A stretch of DNA of 61,847 nucleotides, filler included, from a bacterium (GCA_013360215.1; 7 parts of 7 records of this genome joined end to end with filler, not necessarily neighbours in it); one strand, 5' to 3'. Counted from the first letter of the whole stretch, positions 1 through 10,554 are shown. Notes: generated from the sequence alone by a model not told the origin. Program-made: numbers and translations.

Positions 1-789
1 ATGTTCATCCGGGCGATATCCCGTCAGAGCGAATACAAAGTCGTTGGCTATAATTGTTTCCTGGCGTGTAATCACGTTTTGAATCGTCACTTCGTTATCA
101 GCAATATGTGTTACCACCGACTGCAAATGTAATGTTAGCGCACCTTCCTGAACACGATTCATAAAATCCGGTAGTATCCAGTATTTCACGCTCTTTTTTA
201 TTTCTTCGCCCCGATGGATGACGGTGACTTTTGCTCCGTAGCGATATAATTCTAATGCAGCGATACAAGCCGAATTTTTACCGCCGACGATCAACACGTT
301 TCTTCCATAAAAGGGATGCGGATCGGTATAATAATGCGATACCTTCGACGATTCTTCGCCCGGTACAAATAATTTATTGGGTTGATCATAATAGCCGGTC
401 GCAATCACGATATGCCGCGCTGTATAACGCTTCTGTTGACCATTCGATTCGGTGTCCACCAAAAAATCGTTTGATAGATTTTGAATCGAAATCACTTTCT
501 CGCCGGTACGAACATTCAAAGAATAATATTGAACGACACGCTTATAATATTGAAGTCCTTCTTCCCGTGTCGGTTTAGGATTCGGTGTAGTAAAAGGTAC
601 ACCGCCGATTTCCAAAAGATCACTGGTCGTAAAAAAAATCATGTTGGAGGGAAAGTGATAGATCGAATTAACGATACAACCTTTTTCGAGAACCACATGC
701 GACAAACCGGCACGCGCACATTCGACGGCGCAGGATAGCCCGGTCGGCCCGGCACCGATGATCACCACATCAAACTTAAACGTATCCAT
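1..789 (-). CDS. ypdA: YpdA-family FAD-dependent oxidoreductase (putative bacillithiol disulfide reductase); 3' end runs off the window
   Basis: Not in the ORF track. Manual translation from ATG at 789 gives MDTFKFDVVIIGAGPTGLSCAVECARAGLSHVVLEKGCIVNSIYHFPSNMIFFTTSDLLEIGGVPF...KPTREEGLQYY, with a GxGxxG FAD motif and YpdA-type EKGxxVNS/LEIG/PTRxE signatures. Start codon overlaps the dnaG stop codon by 1 nt (TGATG). Confidence 0.85.
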   Translation of the reverse strand, partial: MDTFKFDVVIIGAGPTGLSCAVECARAGLSHVVLEKGCIVNSIYHFPSNMIFFTTSDLLEIGGVPFTTPNPKPTREEGLQYYKRVVQYYSLNVRTGEKVISIQNLSNDFLVDTESNGQQKRYTARHIVIATGYYDQPNKLFVPGEESSKVSHYYTDPHPFYGRNVLIVGGKNSACIAALELYRYGAKVTVIHRGEEIKKSVKYWILPDFMNRVQEGALTLHLQSVVTHIADNEVTIQNVITRQETIIANDFVFALTGYRPDEH

Positions 790-2657
790 CAAAACGGCAC
801 CTCATCGGTATGCTCGCCGGTTTCATAGAGCGAAATGAGTTTACTTTGACGAACGGCCTTGATACGATCCGCGATATGTCGAAGTGAAGCCATGAGTTCG
901 GCAGGGTCTTCTTTTTCCAATTCACGTACACGAATCGCTTCACGTACCGTCTGTTCCTCTAATTGTAAATCGTACAACTGCATTTCGCGAATGCATTCGG
1001 AAAGTTCGTATTTGTCCTCCACGATAGCCTGGCGCGGACCGGCTCCGAAAATCAGCCTTTCGGCCGCCGTTTTGATTTTTACTTCACAATCCTGTACGAC
1101 CACATTGTAATCGTAAGGCGTTTCTTCCATATAAAGCGAGTGGATTTTTCCGATCAACGTTTGTATGGCCGGATTTTTGAAATCGCGCGGTTCGACATAA
1201 CCAAAAACGTATTCGCATTGCGACGGGTTAAGCAGCAGTTCACGCAGGATACCGCGCTCCGCACGCAAAACTTTTTCGGGAACAGATGACGACGACGTAG
1301 TCAATGAACTCGCCGGAGCATGCGAAATGACGATCGGTTCTTTATCTTTTTGGCGTGCCACGGCGCTGCGATTTTTTTGTACCGCCTTTGCAACCAACGG
1401 TAACGCGGTATCCAATTTGCGCGCCACTTCTTCGATGAAGGCATTACGCTTGAGACTGTCGTCCATCCGCGCAATGATCTGCGCCATCTCCGAAACCGCA
1501 TTGGCCTTATCGTTAGCCGTACGAAGTTTATCCGATTTCAACCATTCGACTACGCGAAAATTGATATAATCCTGCCCCTTTTGCACCAACTGTTGCATCG
1601 CGCTTTCACCGGCTTCGCGCACATAAGAATCCGGATCATGTTCTCCGGGCAGAACGACGATTTTGACATTGAGACCTGCCTCCAGCATGATAGCGCCACC
1701 GCGTTCGGCCGCACGAATGCCTGCCTGATCGCCGTCGTACACCAGACATACATTTTCGGTATATCGCCGAATGAGCTGTGCTTGCTCAGCCGTAAATGCC
1801 GTACCGCTCGATGCCGCAACATTATGAATACCAAATTGAAACAAACTTATACAATCGGCATAACCTTCGACGATGATCACTTCGTCCATCTGACGAATGC
1901 CGTCCTTGGCTTGCGCTAGGCCATACAGCACTTTACTTTTATGATAAATCGCACTTTCCGGCGAATTAAGATATTTCGGTGAATTCGGTTCATTCCGCAT
2001 TTGGCGGCCTCCAAATGCGATCACACGCCCGGAAACATTGCTGATGGGAAACATGAGGCGATGGCGGAAGCGATCATAATAACCGCCCGTCTTAGGAATG
2101 ATCAACCCGGCGCGCTCAAGTAAGCGCGGATCTACCGATTCTTTTTTGGCATACTCGAACAATCCGTCCCAACGATCCGGTGCATATCCGATACCGTACG
2201 CGGCGATCACGGCATCATCAAAACCGCGTTTCCGCAAATACTGACGCGCTTCATCGCCTTGAGGTAGAGTCAATTGCTCGGCAAAAAAAGCGGCGGTCAG
2301 TTTGTTTATAAAATATAATTCTTCGATTTCCGAGCGTTGATTGATTTCCTCCGGAGAATGGTCTTGCGGGATCGGGATATTTTTTTTCTCGGCGAGGAAT
2401 CGTATGGCTTCCGGATAACTCGTTTTTTCGTATTGCATGATAAACGAAATCACATCGCCGCCGGCTCCGCAACCGAAACATTTGAAAATTTGTTTATCGG
2501 AATTAACGGAAAATGAAGGCGTTTTTTCGTTGTGAAAAGGACACAACCCCCAAAAATTATGACCTTTCTTTTTGAGTCCGACATAACCCGATACGAGTTC
2601 GACCACGTCCCATGCATTTTTAACTTCATCTATCGTGTGTTGAGGAATCTTCGCCAT
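789..2657 (-). CDS. dnaG: DNA primase
   Basis: CHC2 zinc finger (CPFHNEKTPSF...CFGCG), DRFRHRLMFPI, PKYLNSPE, and TOPRIM motifs IVEGYAD, YDGDQAG and DPD. Confidence 0.98.
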   Translation of the reverse strand: MAKIPQHTIDEVKNAWDVVELVSGYVGLKKKGHNFWGLCPFHNEKTPSFSVNSDKQIFKCFGCGAGGDVISFIMQYEKTSYPEAIRFLAEKKNIPIPQDHSPEEINQRSEIEELYFINKLTAAFFAEQLTLPQGDEARQYLRKRGFDDAVIAAYGIGYAPDRWDGLFEYAKKESVDPRLLERAGLIIPKTGGYYDRFRHRLMFPISNVSGRVIAFGGRQMRNEPNSPKYLNSPESAIYHKSKVLYGLAQAKDGIRQMDEVIIVEGYADCISLFQFGIHNVAASSGTAFTAEQAQLIRRYTENVCLVYDGDQAGIRAAERGGAIMLEAGLNVKIVVLPGEHDPDSYVREAGESAMQQLVQKGQDYINFRVVEWLKSDKLRTANDKANAVSEMAQIIARMDDSLKRNAFIEEVARKLDTALPLVAKAVQKNRSAVARQKDKEPIVISHAPASSLTTSSSSVPEKVLRAERGILRELLLNPSQCEYVFGYVEPRDFKNPAIQTLIGKIHSLYMEETPYDYNVVVQDCEVKIKTAAERLIFGAGPRQAIVEDKYELSECIREMQLYDLQLEEQTVREAIRVRELEKEDPAELMASLRHIADRIKAVRQSKLISLYETGEHTDEVPF

Positions 2658-2658
2658 G

Positions 2659-4200
2659 CTACAATCCTTTCAACAACTGCTGTGCACGAAAACGAATACG
2701 ATTTCCGTCAACATACGATGCGTCATCCGTCAGAAGCTTCAAATCGGATTTGGCTTCACTTTTTTTACCAAGCTTGACCCGTGCCGCGCCGCGATAGTAG
2801 CGGTTAAATGCCGTGCGCCATTTTTCTTCACCGTCATCCGTTTGTGTATCGAGCGAAGCGGTAAAGTGACGCTCCGCTTCCGGATAATTTTCCAATGCAA
2901 ATTGTGTACGTCCGATATAATAATGAATCTGCGAAACATACTTTGTCATTTCCGGTTTATTGGAAGCGGAAGCCAGCATTGTATTGAGCGTGGTCAGTTG
3001 CGAAGGTTCCGGCTGGATGAGCGATTTCTGTCGGATTTTGATAAACTCCATTTCAAATTCGCCGATCGGATATTTCAGGCGATTTTTAGCGCCTTGTACG
3101 ATACCTTTGCCGCTGCGCGCATCATCCCGCGCTTTTTCGTACCAAATCTCAGCCTTTGTACGATCTCCGGATAATTCGTAGGTCTCAGCCAAATAATACA
3201 ACGCAGAACCGGCAACCCAGCCATCTACCATTTTAAAGAGAACGCATTGATCGGCGATCGTTACGGATTTATTAAAATAGGTAATCGCTTTAGTGTAGTC
3301 GCCTCGCAAGCGTGCCATCCGGCCTAAAAAATACGAGGCCAACATTTCAGCCGAACGCGTAGTTTGCGATGTCTGAAGTATGGATTGCTGAAAAATTTGC
3401 TCTGCCACGGAGTAGTTTTCCAAATAAAAACTGACCATGCCCGCTTGATTGATCAGATACGGGTTACTGCGAAAGCGATCCATTAACTGGGAAAAAATCC
3501 TCAATGACGTTTCGTAATCGCCTTCTTCGAGATACACATTGGCGAGAAAAAATTGCGCTTCAAGATTAAATATTTTTCCGTGCCGGTAAGTTTTTTCCAA
3601 CTGCGCAATACCCGTCGCCCGATCTCCGCTCAATCCAAATAGCGAACCGATGGCATCCATCCAGCGCGGTGCCGCCGCCGCATAATAATTATACATACCG
3701 ATACTAAGGTATGCGTCATAATACAAAGGATCCGCTTCGATCACATCTTCATGCAAACTTTTGGAGCGTTTGGCATAATAAAACGCTTTGACAAATTCGC
3801 CATGAACGGCGTGATACCGCGCCGAATTCCCATACGCGGCGCCGCGATAAAAATCACCTTCGGTTTCCTGATGGGCTTGTGCGGCATATTGTTCGGCCAC
3901 TTCGACCGTTTTATCATTCCATTTTTCGAATTCGTCCCCTGTCATACGCGTGTTATGACCGGATAAAATCTGATAAAAATACGAAGACCCTTTAAAAAAA
4001 TAACCGCGCGGGTGCAAAGGATCGAGTGCGATCAGCGAATCAAACACGGCGTCGGCCGATTTGAAATCCAGCGTATAAATGCGTTCCTGACCTCGACGAA
4101 TCAATTCGTCCGGCGATTGTGCGGCGATCCATGGGCTGATACATAAGAGCAGCAGGATTTTATAAATGCGGATCATCATGCGGGAAATATAAGGAAGCAC
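2659..4200 (-). CDS. Secreted tetratricopeptide-repeat protein
   Basis: Signal-peptide-like N-terminus (likely ATG at 4179) and several TPR-like helices (FFLANVY, YYLAETY, YYIGRTQF, YYRGAAR). Stops 1 nt before the dnaG start. Confidence 0.8.
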   Translation of the reverse strand: MLPYISRMMIRIYKILLLLCISPWIAAQSPDELIRRGQERIYTLDFKSADAVFDSLIALDPLHPRGYFFKGSSYFYQILSGHNTRMTGDEFEKWNDKTVEVAEQYAAQAHQETEGDFYRGAAYGNSARYHAVHGEFVKAFYYAKRSKSLHEDVIEADPLYYDAYLSIGMYNYYAAAAPRWMDAIGSLFGLSGDRATGIAQLEKTYRHGKIFNLEAQFFLANVYLEEGDYETSLRIFSQLMDRFRSNPYLINQAGMVSFYLENYSVAEQIFQQSILQTSQTTRSAEMLASYFLGRMARLRGDYTKAITYFNKSVTIADQCVLFKMVDGWVAGSALYYLAETYELSGDRTKAEIWYEKARDDARSGKGIVQGAKNRLKYPIGEFEMEFIKIRQKSLIQPEPSQLTTLNTMLASASNKPEMTKYVSQIHYYIGRTQFALENYPEAERHFTASLDTQTDDGEEKWRTAFNRYYRGAARVKLGKKSEAKSDLKLLTDDASYVDGNRIRFRAQQLLKGL

Positions 4201-4231
4201 ACACTAAACACAAAGGCTATTCACGGCATGC

Positions 4232-5323
4232 TCAATCAAAGGTTATCCAAGCACCGGCATCCGGTATTTGCAGTTCGCCGTTTATTAAACCGTCGGCTTT
4301 CATGTTTCGCAGTAATTTGACCGGCTCGCCCATCGGTTCGTCAGCAAGATCAAATGTACCGTAATGCATCGGAATAAAAGTTTTTGCTTTCAGATCATGA
4401 AATCCTTGTACCGCTTCTTGCGGACTGGTATGGGCAGACTTCATGATATGCTGCGGTTTATACGCGCCGATCGGCATCAAAGCTATGTCAATTTTACCAA
4501 ATAACCGGGCGATTTCGCCGAAATGCTCTCCATAGGCCGTATCACCCGAAAAATAAATCGTGGTTCGCGGCGTACGAATCAAAAAACTTCCCCACAGTGA
4601 ACGATTATTATCCCACAACCCGCGTTTAGACCAATGAATAGCCGGGAGGAAAATAATTTCAAAATCTTCTTCCAGATCATATTTTTGAAACCAACCGGCT
4701 TCCTGAATGGACACATATTTATTCATGGATCGAACTGTCGAACCGAGACGCAAGGGCAGCAGTATTTTCATCACACGTGAGCGCCAAGTACTCAGCGTAT
4801 CCGAGTCAAGATGATCATAGTGATTGTGCGACAATAAAACATAATCCACGGACTCCAAATGTGAAATCGGCATCGGCAGCTCGGAATAACGTTTCTGCAA
4901 CGGCGCCGCCGTAAGGCACGGATCGGTAAGTAACCATTTATTACCCAGGCGGATCAGAAAAGAAGAATGACCAAGCCACATCAAACCGTTCTCATTAATT
5001 GCGCGAAAATCTTTCACGTTATGTGTTGTTACACGAAACGGATCATTTTTCTTTTCTTCGCGCTGCGGATTTTCCGATAAAAACCATTTAAAAATCACAC
5101 TGAACGGTTTGAGATTGGGATTCAAATCGGAATTCAGAAAAATGCCGTCCCGCATCGGATTTCCGGCGTAGTTTTCACGAACGGTGGTAAGCGCTTCGTT
5201 GCGCACGTATTCGACCAAAGTTTTTTCCTCCGGCAGCATACCCATTGCGCTCTGACCTGCAGTAAGTGCCGCCGACTGTACAGCACAATGTCGGAGGAAC
5301 CGTCGTCGGGATAGCTTTTTCAT
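4232..5323 (-). CDS. Metallo-beta-lactamase-fold hydrolase (NAPE-PLD/RomA-like) with twin-arginine signal
   Basis: WLGHSSFLI, SHNHYDHLD (HxHxDH), HWSKR, FSGDT, PIGAY and PMHYGTF motifs; N-terminal SRRRFL Tat motif. Confidence 0.88.
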   Translation of the reverse strand: MKKLSRRRFLRHCAVQSAALTAGQSAMGMLPEEKTLVEYVRNEALTTVRENYAGNPMRDGIFLNSDLNPNLKPFSVIFKWFLSENPQREEKKNDPFRVTTHNVKDFRAINENGLMWLGHSSFLIRLGNKWLLTDPCLTAAPLQKRYSELPMPISHLESVDYVLLSHNHYDHLDSDTLSTWRSRVMKILLPLRLGSTVRSMNKYVSIQEAGWFQKYDLEEDFEIIFLPAIHWSKRGLWDNNRSLWGSFLIRTPRTTIYFSGDTAYGEHFGEIARLFGKIDIALMPIGAYKPQHIMKSAHTSPQEAVQGFHDLKAKTFIPMHYGTFDLADEPMGEPVKLLRNMKADGLINGELQIPDAGAWITFD

Positions 5324-5751
5324 GATTTATATTTTTTTATAGTGTACCGTATCAGATAATTAGCCAAAACAAGCCCGCCGGCCATTACGCACAGCAACAA
5401 TGCAAAAATCCCTATCATGGTATTTCCGCCGCGCCATTGACCCGTACGATTCAAAAATTCAAAAAAAAGTTTATTTAAAAAAACATAATCGGCGATCGTA
5501 AAAACGGTAAAAAACAAAAACGCATACACAAACGATCCGATGTGTTGACGGGCAGTGAATGAAAAATTGGCAAGTATAAGTAAAATCAAAAAAGCCGCCG
5601 GTACGCCGTAGGTGAGCCATTCAGCATACGTATGGTAATTGAGCACGGCTTGCTCAATAGATGAAGTATCCATTACGGCTTGTTTCGCTTGGAGCAAGCA
5701 ATATGAGAACACGACTACAAAAACAAATAACAAGACATAGAACCATTTCAT
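5320..5751 (-). CDS. Hypothetical membrane protein (about 4 TM helices)
   Basis: 143-aa ORF with four hydrophobic segments; ATGA overlap with the downstream hydrolase gene. Confidence 0.7.
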   Translation of the reverse strand: MKWFYVLLFVFVVVFSYCLLQAKQAVMDTSSIEQAVLNYHTYAEWLTYGVPAAFLILLILANFSFTARQHIGSFVYAFLFFTVFTIADYVFLNKLFFEFLNRTGQWRGGNTMIGIFALLLCVMAGGLVLANYLIRYTIKKYKS

Positions 5752-5827
5752 ACATCACATCCCATACTATTTCACAATAACCTACGCCATTGTCAGAAAT
5801 AAGGCAAGAAATTCGGTAATCGTAAAA

Positions 5828-7246
5828 TTACTTTTTAGATGTGGTAGAATGCTCTGCTTTCTTCCTAATACTATTAAATTTTTTATCGGAACGAACGCTA
5901 TTCAAATCGGGATCCGTATCAAGTAACGGCACATCATTAAATCCAACCTTTACGGCCGTTTCAAGAGCATCTAAAGCCTTGTTTGTTTTACCGGATAAAG
6001 CCAAAGCGCATGCTAAATTATAATGCGACGCCGCATCATCCGGCCATACGGTTCGCGCCAAATCAAAACAAGCGACGGCTTTTGGCAAGACACGTTGATT
6101 TAAATATCCGTTACCGCGCGCTCGGCAAAGACGTGCTATATAATCTAAACAACGGTACGCTGCATTACTCTTTATTTCATTTTTGGTGTTATATAGCGGT
6201 TGCCATTCTTTCGTTAGTTTGTACAACATCTGAAGCTGCATGTCCCGTTCCGGTTCAAACAAAGGATTTTCCAAATTAAACAAAAAATCGTCCATAATAT
6301 TTTGCGTGTGCACTTCGCGTTGCTGCAAATCGGATCGCAAAGCCATTTCGTCAGAATAGGCTTTTAATTTCTGTACGCTATCGGCTAGTGCAACAAATGC
6401 AGAGCAAGGCATCGTAAAATGAAAATCATCATATATGGCACGCGCCATCCGTGCCGCATCAACAAAGTTTTTTTGATGAAGTGATGTTTTCAATTGTTCA
6501 TGCCGTTTGTCAAATAATTGAGCAATCCATGTGCTATCCGGTGTTCGTTTCCCGTCACGCATTTCATTTAACATCATCCATTCAAACCCCTCTGAAAAAT
6601 CAGTGAAGGGAGCCCATTGATGTATGCCTTCAAATTCGACGATGCGGTGCATCATTTGACGTTTGGATAGCTCTTCGTCGAGATAGATCATTTCACTTTT
6701 GTTGTAATCGCGATTGCCATAGAGACCATAAAAGTATCGAAAAGGAATGATTGGGGGTATCGCCTGGAGTGTGCTAAAACCGGCGCCGATGCCGATAATA
6801 CCGGTGACCTGTCCGGGATAACGTGTGGCTAATTCCGACGCCGTACGCGCTCCGCCAGAAAAACCCGTGGCGTAAACACGATCCGGATCTATCGAAAAGC
6901 GATGATGCGTATCTTTCCAAACCGCATGCAACGCATCAATGCATACTTGCCACGGACCGTTTTGCGAATTCCATGAACATACCATGATAACGCCGTACCG
7001 CTCCATGATATCGGCATAATATGCTACGGGATACAGCGCATCTTTTTCGGGTTTAAAGCAATATAGAATCGGATATTTTCGAGACGAATCATACCCTGAA
7101 GGTAAAAAAAGTGCATAGGCTTGCGACGTATCATGTTGGCACACGATTTTAGAAATAACGCGATCCAAGGGTTTTATTTGCGATACAACAAAGGTATAGC
7201 TCACAAATGCAAAACAAACAAAGTAAGATAAAAACATACTTTTCAT
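5828..7246 (-). CDS. Secreted alpha/beta hydrolase (esterase/depolymerase-like) with C-terminal TPR domain
   Basis: YALFLPSGYD...YPILYCF, IDPDRVYATGFSGG (GxSxG nucleophile elbow), FEGIHQW; C-terminal HYNLACALALSG...ALDALETAVKVGF...DPDLNSVR. Start taken at ATG 7246 (MKSMF). Confidence 0.8.
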   Translation of the reverse strand: MKSMFLSYFVCFAFVSYTFVVSQIKPLDRVISKIVCQHDTSQAYALFLPSGYDSSRKYPILYCFKPEKDALYPVAYYADIMERYGVIMVCSWNSQNGPWQVCIDALHAVWKDTHHRFSIDPDRVYATGFSGGARTASELATRYPGQVTGIIGIGAGFSTLQAIPPIIPFRYFYGLYGNRDYNKSEMIYLDEELSKRQMMHRIVEFEGIHQWAPFTDFSEGFEWMMLNEMRDGKRTPDSTWIAQLFDKRHEQLKTSLHQKNFVDAARMARAIYDDFHFTMPCSAFVALADSVQKLKAYSDEMALRSDLQQREVHTQNIMDDFLFNLENPLFEPERDMQLQMLYKLTKEWQPLYNTKNEIKSNAAYRCLDYIARLCRARGNGYLNQRVLPKAVACFDLARTVWPDDAASHYNLACALALSGKTNKALDALETAVKVGFNDVPLLDTDPDLNSVRSDKKFNSIRKKAEHSTTSKK

Positions 7247-7353
7247 AACATACAATTCTCTTATGTAATTGCTATCAATGTACGATCCTAACAACAAAAA
7301 GATGCAAATTTATATAGAACAATCAGCATCACTTTAAGAGATTTTTCAGAAAA

Positions 7354-8052
7354 TTATTTTATGGTTTTTATATACTCATGAGAACAATGCGGACAGATAG
7401 AATGCGTAAATTGAATACTATAATTGTCGTTGAAAAATTTTTCCAAGCGAACCCATTGATATTCATCATCCCTTATTTTTTTACAAAAAGAGCAAATCGG
7501 AACCAATGCATCAACCGCTTGGTGATCTGCACCTAAATCAACATGAAATTGCATCTTGAATTGATTAAACAACCGTTTGGCGGTTCGAATAATCAGCCGC
7601 TCACCTTCCGGATGTATCCTCAAGGGTTTCGGGTCGCTTAATACAATATGGCCTCGTATGGAGCCTGAAAAAGGATAACCTCGCACATGATACGGAGGTA
7701 AAAAATATTGCGGATCTTCACGCATCAATACGGGGCAAATACCCGTGCAGCTATCCGGGCATGAATTACAATGCGATGTTACGCGTATGCTTCCGGATGA
7801 AATATACGCTGAATCTTTACTTCCAAACCAATAGTGCAACATCTGTTCTGCATTTTCATCCGGCGATGAACATGCTAAAACACCGGCACTTTCACACTGC
7901 AGAATACGCGGTAATGCATAAGAAACAACAGGTGGAAAGAACTGATCTTCCAGTGCAAAAGTTTCACCGTAAAACGAATGGATTAATTCGTGTTCAGCAA
8001 ATTCTTTACCCAGAATATCCCCAATGTTAATTTTATTCGCCGCTGTTTTCAT
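7354..8052 (-). CDS. Hypothetical signalling protein with C-terminal CxxC...CxxC zinc-binding-type domain
   Basis: C-terminus VPICSFCKKIRDDEYQW...FTHSICPHC matches a module commonly appended to response regulators and PAS/GAF proteins. Confidence 0.7.
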   Translation of the reverse strand: MKTAANKINIGDILGKEFAEHELIHSFYGETFALEDQFFPPVVSYALPRILQCESAGVLACSSPDENAEQMLHYWFGSKDSAYISSGSIRVTSHCNSCPDSCTGICPVLMREDPQYFLPPYHVRGYPFSGSIRGHIVLSDPKPLRIHPEGERLIIRTAKRLFNQFKMQFHVDLGADHQAVDALVPICSFCKKIRDDEYQWVRLEKFFNDNYSIQFTHSICPHCSHEYIKTIK

Positions 8053-8086
8053 TACGATCTAAAAATATCCTGCGAAGGGCTAATGG

Positions 8087-8650
8087 CTAATACGTACCGC
8101 CACTTGCGGACCGTTCTAAATAGCGTTCTTTGATGATTTCCCAATGACGTAACTCATGGCCGGCAATATGATAAACAAAAGCACGTACGGATCGATGACT
8201 ATTATTTTCATCGGAATATCCCATGCGCAATAACATCTCATCGGTAAAAGCATTAAACATGGCCACGGTTGCATGACGCACGGCTTCGTATTCCGCAAAA
8301 ATACTCTGGATACTTCGCGCGCTCGCGCCACTTAATGCGGCATAACTATCCTGATCAAAACCGGGCAATTTTTGTTTCTCGCCCCTCGCGAAACAAAGTG
8401 CGCGGTACGCGTAAATTCGTTCATCATCCATCATGTGAACCAACGTTTCTTTGATATTCCATTTTTCCGGTGCGTAACGATAATGTAAAATATCGGAAGA
8501 GAGTTCGGTGATGTTGTGACGAATCTCGAGGAAATTATTCATCAAATGATATAAAACAAGGCCGTCATTTTTCAATAAATCCATATATTTGGCCGAATAA
8601 GCCGGATATTCATTGGGCAAAGGCTTCGCGATAATTCTTAGCAAACTCAT
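8087..8650 (-). CDS. DinB-family protein
   Basis: YRYAPEKWNIKETLVHMMDDERIYAYRAL...LPGFDQD...HIAGHELRH; conserved His triad of the DinB/YfiT superfamily. Confidence 0.88.
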   Translation of the reverse strand: MSLLRIIAKPLPNEYPAYSAKYMDLLKNDGLVLYHLMNNFLEIRHNITELSSDILHYRYAPEKWNIKETLVHMMDDERIYAYRALCFARGEKQKLPGFDQDSYAALSGASARSIQSIFAEYEAVRHATVAMFNAFTDEMLLRMGYSDENNSHRSVRAFVYHIAGHELRHWEIIKERYLERSASGGTY

Positions 8651-8778
8651 ATAGAATTTTCAGATCAGATAGGGTTATTCAGACAGAAAGCCTTACCGAT
8701 GTACATTCATGGGCGTGAAAAAAGTTTAGCAACTATAGCTCAATAAATTTATAAAAAAAACTGCAACATGATCGTTTA

Positions 8779-9198
8779 TCAGATCATATACATAAGAACT
8801 GAAGCCAATGTATTTCCAATCACATGATAACCGCCTGTCGCTAAACCATACATGAGTGGTCTCGGAGTATTTGGGTTAATGGCATTGGTAATGGAAATAA
8901 CCATACCGTACCCCACACCAACGAGTAAACCTAATTTTACAGCATCTGTTACGCTTGTAATCGAGCACCATTGTATCAGTATGGCTGTGGCAAAGGTTGA
9001 AATGATGCACCCCATAAATGGGCCAATATAATAGATAACACCCCACTTCATGTCTTTGGTGCGTGTAAATCCCAAAGCTTTATCATAATAAGAACCCGCA
9101 ATAAACGGTGAGAACCACAAGGCTCCCAACATGAAATAAGCAAACCCCGCAACCGCGATAGCCAAGAAATTCAACTCTCCCATACCTAGTTTCTCCAT
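8779..9198 (-). CDS. DUF1761-family membrane protein
   Basis: NFLAIAVAGFAYFMLGALWFSP N-terminus and four TM segments. Confidence 0.75.
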   Translation of the reverse strand: MEKLGMGELNFLAIAVAGFAYFMLGALWFSPFIAGSYYDKALGFTRTKDMKWGVIYYIGPFMGCIISTFATAILIQWCSITSVTDAVKLGLLVGVGYGMVISITNAINPNTPRPLMYGLATGGYHVIGNTLASVLMYMI

Positions 9199-9224
9199 AC
9201 AAACTACTGAAACATGATCTAAGA

Positions 9225-9977
9225 TTATTTAAGATTGTATACTATCGCGGCATCTAAAGAATACACGGTACCATAAACTTTTTGGAAATGATCGCTACCT
9301 GATATTTTATGACTCCATGACATGCCCGGTTCGATCACGATTTTTACCGGTAATACACCCAAGGGAAACACAGCGGCCGGCTTAAGGGCTATGCCAATGC
9401 TATGGGCAGGACCGAGCGTCGACTGATTAGCTAGTTTCTTTTGATTTTCATAAAAAACGGAAACCGTTGGAAAAAGAAAACTGAAATAGCTTCGTTCCGG
9501 AAACCAGGTGGATTTAATATTCCATTTATCAATGGATAGTTTCGTGATACTCTCATCCACATAACTGGTATTGTACGTAGAGTATTTTACACCCAAAGCT
9601 AATTTGGATTTGATCGGATTCGATGAGCCAATTTGAAATGGTACATAGTATGCAACAGATCCGGCCCAATAACGCGCGGCGCGCGATTCAACGGGATAAA
9701 TCGTAATATCACGATTCTTTATGATTTCTCCCCAGCCCATTTCTGCCTCAATTTTTTTATATCGTACCCCAATATAAACCGAGCGATCCGATATGTCATT
9801 GCCGAGCTCGCCTTTGAGCCCCTTTAATTCAGGGGAATGATCTGCTGATCCGGAACTATGATCGAAGAACCAGCCACCTTTGACATAAAAACCAACCCCG
9901 TGTTCAATTGTTTCTGTTTGAGCCAAAGACTGTCGGCCAAGGGAAACAAGTAACGCGATTACTATAATAAACTTCAT
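9225..9977 (-). CDS. Secreted hypothetical protein, possible outer-membrane beta-barrel
   Basis: Signal peptide, alternating aromatic beta-strand pattern, aromatic residue near the C-terminus (AAIVYNLK); AGGAG RBS upstream. Confidence 0.55.
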   Translation of the reverse strand: MKFIIVIALLVSLGRQSLAQTETIEHGVGFYVKGGWFFDHSSGSADHSPELKGLKGELGNDISDRSVYIGVRYKKIEAEMGWGEIIKNRDITIYPVESRAARYWAGSVAYYVPFQIGSSNPIKSKLALGVKYSTYNTSYVDESITKLSIDKWNIKSTWFPERSYFSFLFPTVSVFYENQKKLANQSTLGPAHSIGIALKPAAVFPLGVLPVKIVIEPGMSWSHKISGSDHFQKVYGTVYSLDAAIVYNLK

Positions 9978-10048
9978 ATTAGACTCCTTTTAATAAGCTG
10001 TGACCATGAGTAGCGACCGTGCATCACGAAGCGACGGTAGAACTGACA

Positions 10049-10510
10049 TTATTTATAAATAACCAAACCACTGGCTACCATGGTAAGAAGTCTTTGTGCC
10101 CCGTTTATCTTTCCGATTTCTTCATCGGAACGTCCAGCATCTTTGAGATAATTGCGAGCCACTTCTTCGGAGACTTCTTTGACTTTCAATACGCCTTGCA
10201 TTTTTACTTTACGGCGGGCTGCATCTTTGGGAATAAAAAAGCTATCATTTTTAAATGAGATTCGCATCGGCAATATTCCCGATTCGACTTCCATCCAGCA
10301 ACCACGAGCTTGACATACCGTTTTTATTGTTGATTCGACGACGATTTCCTGTCCGTCGTATGATTCGGGATTATTTAAGACTTCCGGCATCGTAACCGCT
10401 TTGTTGAGAGTAATCCCTTCACCGAATTTATCGGCATTTTCTTGTTGCTCATTTTTACTACAACCAGAAATCAATAGCATTATTAAAATGCCACATATTA
10501 ACAATCTCAT
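10049..10510 (-). CDS. DUF4920-family lipoprotein
   Basis: Lipobox ISGC; FGEGIT...VCQARGCWM...FKNDSFFIPKD...ASGL. Start taken at ATG 10510 (MRLLIC). Confidence 0.8.
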   Translation of the reverse strand: MRLLICGILIMLLISGCSKNEQQENADKFGEGITLNKAVTMPEVLNNPESYDGQEIVVESTIKTVCQARGCWMEVESGILPMRISFKNDSFFIPKDAARRKVKMQGVLKVKEVSEEVARNYLKDAGRSDEEIGKINGAQRLLTMVASGLVIYK

Positions 10511-10554
10511 AAGATGTCCTTTCGTTATTAAGTTTAATAATCTCCAACATCGCA

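Noticed and set aside
231-738. Plus-strand ORFs 231-578 and 481-738
   Set aside because: Antisense shadows of the minus-strand ypdA gene.
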